A DNA stretch of 59,779 bases from Streptosporangiaceae bacterium (GTDB lineage Bacteria > Actinomycetota > Actinomycetes > Streptosporangiales > Streptosporangiaceae): positions 1 to 59,779 of the forward strand of contig JASHQA010000118.1 of NCBI GenBank assembly GCA_030037785.1, read 5' to 3'. Below are positions 54,503-59,779 of the stretch, piece after piece. Positions within the stretch are counted from its first letter, which is position 1; the number at the start of each line of letters is the position of its first letter. The notes beneath the pieces were generated by a model that did not search any database, had not been told where the DNA came from, and saw nothing but the letters and a program-made list of their open reading frames with translations. The position numbers and the translations under genes were made by a program.

Positions 54503-56992
54503 TTACTGGGCACCCCGGCTGACGACCCAGGCGGCCACCTGCGCGCGCGAATTCAGTCCGAGCTTGCCGAGGATGTTGGCGACGTGTCGCGCTGCGGTGG
54601 CGGGGCTGATGAACAGCTCCTCGGCGATGCCGCGGTTGGACAGGCCGCGCGCGATCAGCAGCGCGATCTCCTGCTCCCGAGCGGTCAGGCCGGACGCCGC
54701 GGTGGCATCCTCGGCTGCCTGGGTCGCGAGGCCACCGGGCCGCCGGGCTGGAACCGCGGACCGGAGCGCGTGGGCTACCGCGTCGTGCGTGCTCAGATTG
54801 CGGCCCTCGGCGCTCAGGTCGGCAACGAGCTCTGCGCCGAGGCGCTGCTGTACCGCGGCGAGCAGGGCGTCGAGGCGCGCCTGCGCGGTCGCAGGCCGAA
54901 CCAGTCCCGCCGCGGCGCGCAGCGCGGTGGCGGCGGCGTCGAGCCGCACGGCGGTGGTGTCGTCGCCGCGGACCACGGCGAGCGCGGCGAACGCCTCGAT
55001 GCCCCTGACGATGCCGAGGCGCTGACCGGTGGCCACGCTGAGCTCAAGGCTCTCGGCGAACGTCGCCGACGCGGTCGGCACGTCGAGCTCGTCCAGCGCG
55101 ACCCAGCCGATGCCGGCCTGGCACCGGGCGATCTCGGTCCGGGCGCCGAGCTCGGCAAACAGGTCCAGCGCGGCGCGGAAGTGGCGCAGCGCCGCGGCGT
55201 TGTCGTGCGTCGCCCTCGCCAGGCTGCCGAAGCCATAGAGCGCGTTCGCGATACCCCAGCCGTTGTGGCCGGTGAGCAGGTGCAGCGCCGCCTCGTAGGC
55301 GGCGTGGGCGGCGGCGGCCTGTCCGGCGCGGGCCAGGATGGTCGCGCGCACAACGTGCGCGAGTCCGGCCTCCCAGTTGTCCGCGTGCGCGGCAGCCGCG
55401 GCCACCGCGGCGTCCGCCTGCGCGAGCGCCTGCTCGGCGAGCCCACCCCGCAGGCTGATCAGGGCGAGGATCCGCAGTCCGCCGGCCGGGCACGTCGCCT
55501 GGTGCGCCCCGCACATGGCGACGGCGGCGTGCGCGTACCTGGCGGCCGTCTGATAGTCCTGGTGCTCGAACGCCAGCTCCGCGCCGAGCATGAGCGCACG
55601 CGCGCGCACGTCGGCCGGCGCCCGCTCGGGTAGCAGCAGGAGCTTGCCGAACCACGCCACGCCTTCGGTGACGTCGCCGTTGACGACCCACGGCGAGCGC
55701 AGCACCGAGCAGAGCCGGAGGCCGTTCTCAGCGTCGCGAGTGTCGAGGCAGAAGGTGAGCGCGGCGCGGAAGTTGGCCCGCTCCGCCGACGCCCGGTGGT
55801 AGAGCGTCACCTGATCTGCCCAGCTCAGCGCCCCCGGCGTGAACGCCCGGGTGTCGATGTTGTCGGCGAGCGCGAGCAGGCAGCGCAGGTGCCGATCGGC
55901 GATCACGGCCTGCTCGCCGGATGCGGCGAGCCGGTCCGCTGCGTACTGCCGGATCGTGTCAAGCAGCCGGTAGCGCGCGTCACCCACCAGCTCGTCTTCG
56001 AGGGCGACCAGCGATTTGTCGATGAGCGCGGCGAGCAGGTCGAGCACCCGCGACTCCGGGATCAGCTCGTCGGCGCAGACCTGCTCGGCCATCTCCAGGC
56101 TCCAGCCGGCGAACACCGACAGCCGCCGCAGCATGGTCTGCTCGTCCGGCGTCAGCAGCTCGAAGCTCCAGTCGACCGCGGCCTGCAGCGTCTGCTGCCG
56201 CGGCGGCGCGGTCCGGTCGCCGGACGCGAGCAGCCGGAACCTATCGTCCAGGCGCGCGGCAATCTGCTCGACCGACAGCGCCCTGATCCGCGCCGCGGCG
56301 AGCTCGATGGCGAGCGGCACGCCGTCGAGCGTCTGGCAGATCTGCACCACGTAGGCCCAGTTGTCGTCGGTGAGCGCGAAGCCCGGACGCACCGCAGCGG
56401 CCCGGTCGGCGAACAGCCGAGCGGCTTCGTCCGCCTCGCCATCGCCATCGGCGTCGGCGTCGGCGCGCTCGAGCGGTGGCAGCGTTCGCGTCGACAGCGT
56501 GAGCGGCTGCACCCGCCAGACGGTCTCGCCCCTGACCCGCAGCGGCTCCCTGCTGGTGGCCACCACCCGCAGCTGCGGGCAGCCGGCGATGAGGTCGTGG
56601 ACCAGGTCGGCGACGGCGTCCACGAGGTGCTCGCAGGTGTCCAGGATCAGCAGCAGCTGCCGGCCGCGCAGCGCGTCCGCGAGGGTGGCGGCGGCCGGCC
56701 GGCCGCGCTCCTCACTGATGCCGAGCGCCGCGGCGACCTGGCGTGCGGCGAGGGCCGGGTCGCTGGTCGCGGCGAGTTCGACCAGCCACACTCCGTCCTG
56801 GAACTCGTCCGCGAGCTGCCAGCCGAGGCGCATCGCCAGCCTGGTCTTGCCGATGCCACCCGGACCGCACAGCGTCAGCGCCCGCACGCTGCTCACGAGC
56901 AGCCGCAGGTCGCGCAGATCCCGATCGCGTCCCACGAAGCTGTTCGGCTCCGCGGGAAGATTGCCCAGCCGCTGGAGCGTGTCTGCGGTCAT
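54503..56992 (-). CDS. LAL-type regulator: STAND/NB-ARC-like ATPase, TPR region, C-terminal LuxR HTH
   Basis: FVGRDRDL...LCGPGGIGKTRLA (Walker A), LLILDTCEH (Walker B), helical-repeat middle, LTAREQEIALLIARGLSNRGIAEELFISPATAARHVANILGKLG. Confidence 0.88.
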   Translation of the reverse strand: MTADTLQRLGNLPAEPNSFVGRDRDLRDLRLLVSSVRALTLCGPGGIGKTRLAMRLGWQLADEFQDGVWLVELAATSDPALAARQVAAALGISEERGRPAAATLADALRGRQLLLILDTCEHLVDAVADLVHDLIAGCPQLRVVATSREPLRVRGETVWRVQPLTLSTRTLPPLERADADADGDGEADEAARLFADRAAAVRPGFALTDDNWAYVVQICQTLDGVPLAIELAAARIRALSVEQIAARLDDRFRLLASGDRTAPPRQQTLQAAVDWSFELLTPDEQTMLRRLSVFAGWSLEMAEQVCADELIPESRVLDLLAALIDKSLVALEDELVGDARYRLLDTIRQYAADRLAASGEQAVIADRHLRCLLALADNIDTRAFTPGALSWADQVTLYHRASAERANFRAALTFCLDTRDAENGLRLCSVLRSPWVVNGDVTEGVAWFGKLLLLPERAPADVRARALMLGAELAFEHQDYQTAARYAHAAVAMCGAHQATCPAGGLRILALISLRGGLAEQALAQADAAVAAAAAHADNWEAGLAHVVRATILARAGQAAAAHAAYEAALHLLTGHNGWGIANALYGFGSLARATHDNAAALRHFRAALDLFAELGARTEIARCQAGIGWVALDELDVPTASATFAESLELSVATGQRLGIVRGIEAFAALAVVRGDDTTAVRLDAAATALRAAAGLVRPATAQARLDALLAAVQQRLGAELVADLSAEGRNLSTHDAVAHALRSAVPARRPGGLATQAAEDATAASGLTAREQEIALLIARGLSNRGIAEELFISPATAARHVANILGKLGLNSRAQVAAWVVSRGAQ

Positions 56993-57074
56993 TTCTGCTC
57001 TGCCGTCATAGCCGGTGGGGTGATTGATCCGGTGATAAGCGTCAGTGTCTCACTGGTCAGGGACTTATGCACCG

Positions 57075-59624
57075 CTACCGGATCGGTACAGCGACGCGCA
57101 CGTCGACGGGCTCGCTGTAGAGCACCCGCCCGAAGTACATGATCTTGACGACCACCCACCACTGCTCGCCCGGCCGCGCCCAGGCTGGCACGGCGAGCCC
57201 GAACCGCAGCGTGCGCTCAGCGCCGGCCGCCAGCGCGAAGCCGGCTGACCACGGTCCGGCCACGCGCCAGCTGCCGTGCGGGGATATGAGCTGCGCCTCG
57301 CCGCGGATAGCCGACCCGGTCCGGTTGCGGACGAGCACCTCGACGGTGCCGGACCCGCCGGGCCGCAGCGTCACGGCCGGGCCGAGGACGCTGAGGTCTA
57401 GCTCACCCGCCAGCGCGGTCTGCGCCGCGGCGTGCATCGCCTGCACCTGCTGCGCCGGAAGGTTGCCACCGGGCGGCGGCGGCTGGCCGATGGCCAGCAG
57501 CGCGCTGTCCTCGATGGGCTGGCCGGCCGGGCCGTCGACCTGCGCTGTCACGAACCAGCGGCCGGGCGTCATACCGGGCCGTGGCGTGACGGTCAGCTCG
57601 AAGGACTGGTATCCCATCGCTGCGAGGTCGTAGCGGAGCGGGCCCGGCGGCGTGAGGGCGAAGTCGCCGGGAGCCTCCAGCCGCACGGTGCCCGCGGCCG
57701 GCTCCGGCCCACAGGCGACGGTGAGCGTCAGGGTGCCGGGCCCCTCGTCCAGATGCACCGCGCCGGGGGACACGTGCACGGCGACCGGTACGTTGCCGGC
57801 CGGGGCCGGTCCCTTGCCGTGCAGCCAGTACCGGGCGAAGACCGGCTGCGCCGGCTCGATGTCGGCGGATCGCGGGTCGGCCGGCGGCGACGGGTCAGCG
57901 GCAGGCGCGGTCAGCCGGCGAATGGCCGGGGTGACGACGACGGTGGCCAGGCCTGCCGATGGCACGGTGACGGTCGCGCCGGCTGGCGTGACCGGCACGT
58001 CCGGGCCCGGGCCGTCCTCGCAGAGGCCGGTCAGCGCCGCGCCGGTCAGTCCCGTGAACAGACTCAGCCGGGCAGCCGTCGGACCGGCACCGCCGGCATC
58101 CCGCAGCCGAAGGGTCACGCCGGCGGCCGGATCGGGCTGCGCGCCCGGATAGAGCGGGTTGCCGTGCGGCTTGAGCGCCGACAGCTGGACTCCGGCTGGC
58201 TGGATGCCAGCCAGCCGGGCGCTGGCCGGCAACGGCCCTGCGTGCAGCCCGGTGACGGTCGTCAGCAGGTCGTGGTTGTAGTCGTGGCCGACCGCCCACA
58301 GGCCCGCCTGGCGCCAGTCGCCCGGACCGGCGGCGAGCGCGTACTCGAACGTGTGGCTCCAGTGCTGCCAGGAGAAGCTGGTGCCGTCCGGGGAGGTGCG
58401 CTTCTTGCCGTCGATCCACACCCCGGATGGCCACGTGCTGCAGGCCCGCATGAGCGCGATGCTGAGCTGGCCCTGGGGGGTGACCAGCCCGCTCGGGGTG
58501 CCGCGGTTGAGCAGGCCGACCGTGTGCCCGGCCAGCGCCGTCCCGGCACCCCCCGCGGTGTCAGCCTCGGGTGCGGTGGCCGACAGGCAGGATGCGTCGA
58601 TCACGGCGTCGGCGACGTCGGCGACGAGGCCGCTGGTCGCGGCTTCGAGGTCGGCCCCGGTGACGATGAGCACCGGCAGGTCGAGTGGCCCCCGCACGTC
58701 GGCGCCGGGCCCGAACGCGTCGGCGCGGTAACGCTGCGCGGGCAGCCACAGCCGGACGGCGCCGTCGGCGGCAAGCCGTGCCGTGAGCTCGTCGGCCGCG
58801 CCCGGCCCGGCGGCAGCCAGCACCCGAGCGGTCAGCGCGTTGTCGTCCGGGCCACCGAGGCAGATCCGGAAGTCCGGCAGGTTGGAGTCGAGCTCGGAGT
58901 AGCCGTACCGAGGGCCGTCCGGCCGCGAACAGGTGGCCGTCACGCCGCAGCGGGCCAGCGCGACGACCAGGTCGCGGACGAGGCCGCGAAGCGTCGGCGG
59001 CGCGATCACCTCCGCCACCCCGATCGCCTGCAGCTGCGTGCGGCCGTCCGGCCCGGTCAGCCGCACGGCCGCAGTCGATCCCACCGCCAGCCACTCGCTC
59101 GCCGGGCAGTCGAGGGTGTAGGGGTGCTCGGCCACATCGGTGTCGATGGGGCCGGGTGGTCGGCCGATGACCGAGAGCGCCGTCTGGTAGACGGGCAGCC
59201 CGCCCGGCACGTTCACCGGGAACACCACGCGCAGCAGGTGATCTTGGCCTATCGAGCCGTCCACGTGGGTGCGGAACTCAACTCGGTCGGCGCCGTGCCA
59301 CAGCAGGGTCTCCTGGGTGACATGCAGGCCACCGAGCTGCACGGTGACCAGCAGCCGGCTGCCGACCGGGCTGCGCTCGGCCCGGACGTCCGCTGGACCG
59401 GCCGTCGTGCCGGTGCCGGGGCCGGCCGGGCACAGCAGCCATGGCCCCTCCGCCCAGCGCGGGTGCCCTGGGTGCTCTGGCTGCAGCACGAGTTCGTTGC
59501 CGCCGCCGTCTGGCTGCAGCAACTCGGTGCCTGACCGCTTGTCCAGCACCCGGCGCAGCGTGCCGCCGCGACTCGGATCCGCCGGGTGTGCGCCAGTTTT
59601 GTAGGTAGCAAGATCAGCTCGCAT
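57075..59624 (-). pseudogene. GH38 alpha-mannosidase 3' fragment (C-terminal domain plus Ig-like/NEW3-like tail), lacking the catalytic N-terminal domain
   Basis: ...GGTLRRVLDKRSGTELL...NELVLQPEHP...AEGPW... and WQHWSHTFEYALAAGPGDW match GH38 C-domain signatures. No GH38 N- or middle domain precedes them. The first ~13 codons (MRADLATYKTGAH) lie in low-GC sequence overlapping a transposase 3' end. Confidence 0.6.
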
Positions 59625-59779
59625 GCGCGGTGAGGTTGGCGGGCGGGGTCTGGCTGTGGGGTCGCTGCCAGATCTGCTCCCAGCGGTTGCTGGCTTCCTG
59701 GCAGCGCAGGGTTGCGATGCCGGTGGCGCCGGGGATGTTCCAGCGCATGCCGGAGAGCTTGAGCCGCTGGCCGATGACG
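59586..59779 (-). mobile_element. Terminal part of an insertion sequence abutting the GH38 fragment
   Basis: Transposase 3' end plus a low-GC end-like segment (minus strand TGATCTTGCTACCTACAAAACTGGCGCACAC, 59616-59586). GH38 homology resumes at about 59582. Exact boundary not determinable. Confidence 0.45.
59614..59779 (-). CDS. 3' end of a DDE transposase gene (5' part outside the window); C-terminus reminiscent of ISKra4-type transposases
   Basis: The frame with near-uniform G/C3 reads VIGQRLKLSGMRWNIPGATGIATLRCQEASNRWEQIWQRPHSQTPPANLTAHAS*, with TGA at 59616-59614. The G(M)RW...GA...LRC...RW motif is what I remember from ISKra4-family C-termini. Unverified. Confidence 0.5.
   Translation of the reverse strand, partial: VIGQRLKLSGMRWNIPGATGIATLRCQEASNRWEQIWQRPHSQTPPANLTAHAS

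Noticed and set aside
54503-56992. The STAND/NB-ARC ATPase as a possible Avs-like antiphage sensor.
   Set aside because: The C-terminus is a canonical LuxR HTH preceded by TPR-like repeats. That is the standard LAL transcription-regulator architecture, with no nuclease or other effector domain.

Overview
Very GC-rich actinobacterial chromosomal segment. G/C third-position bias is strong, and many long antisense ORFs in the track are compositional artefacts. I call about 55 protein-coding genes and found no rRNA, tRNA or CRISPR array.

Centre (23.1-43.0 kb): a complete, recognisable Pup-proteasome locus, namely arc/mpa, dop, pup (C-terminal GGQ), prcB, prcA, pafA, pafB and pafC, followed by tatA, tatC and the Ski2-like helicase helY. 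It is interrupted by passengers:
- a gabD-like aldehyde dehydrogenase
- a large polytopic membrane protein
- a two-domain FKBP lipoprotein
- a DUF3866-Nudix fusion on the opposite strand
- a methyltransferase

Left flank: ABC-2 exporter pair, an ~860-bp non-coding gap, DUF3099, dodecin, tldD/pmbA, fabG-inhA, the phosphomutase/DUF3090/SCO1664 trio, PAC2, a HAD hydrolase, a 5-gene peptide ABC importer, a RecB-like nuclease, an M50 protease and trmI.

Right flank: GNAT, a repeat-rich lipoprotein, a cysteine-dioxygenase-like cupin, a 5'-3' exonuclease, an M24 peptidase, an acyl-CoA dehydrogenase, an orphan MsiK-like ATPase, Lrp and an ABC exporter pair. From 53.3 to 59.8 kb there is a decaying patch: a degenerate half-length ANL gene, a LAL/LuxR regulator, and a GH38 alpha-mannosidase 3' fragment abutting the 3' end of a transposase gene at the window edge.

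I did not find a convincing new multi-gene system. The most unusual signals are:
1. Two facing arrays of 20-bp-phased GCGACC-core repeats in the non-coding gap (2587-2828).
2. The DUF3866-Nudix fusion embedded in the paf region.
3. Many perfect short tandem repeats in intergenic spacers.
4. The IS-truncated GH38 gene.

All functional calls rest on motif and family recognition from memory. No searches were run.
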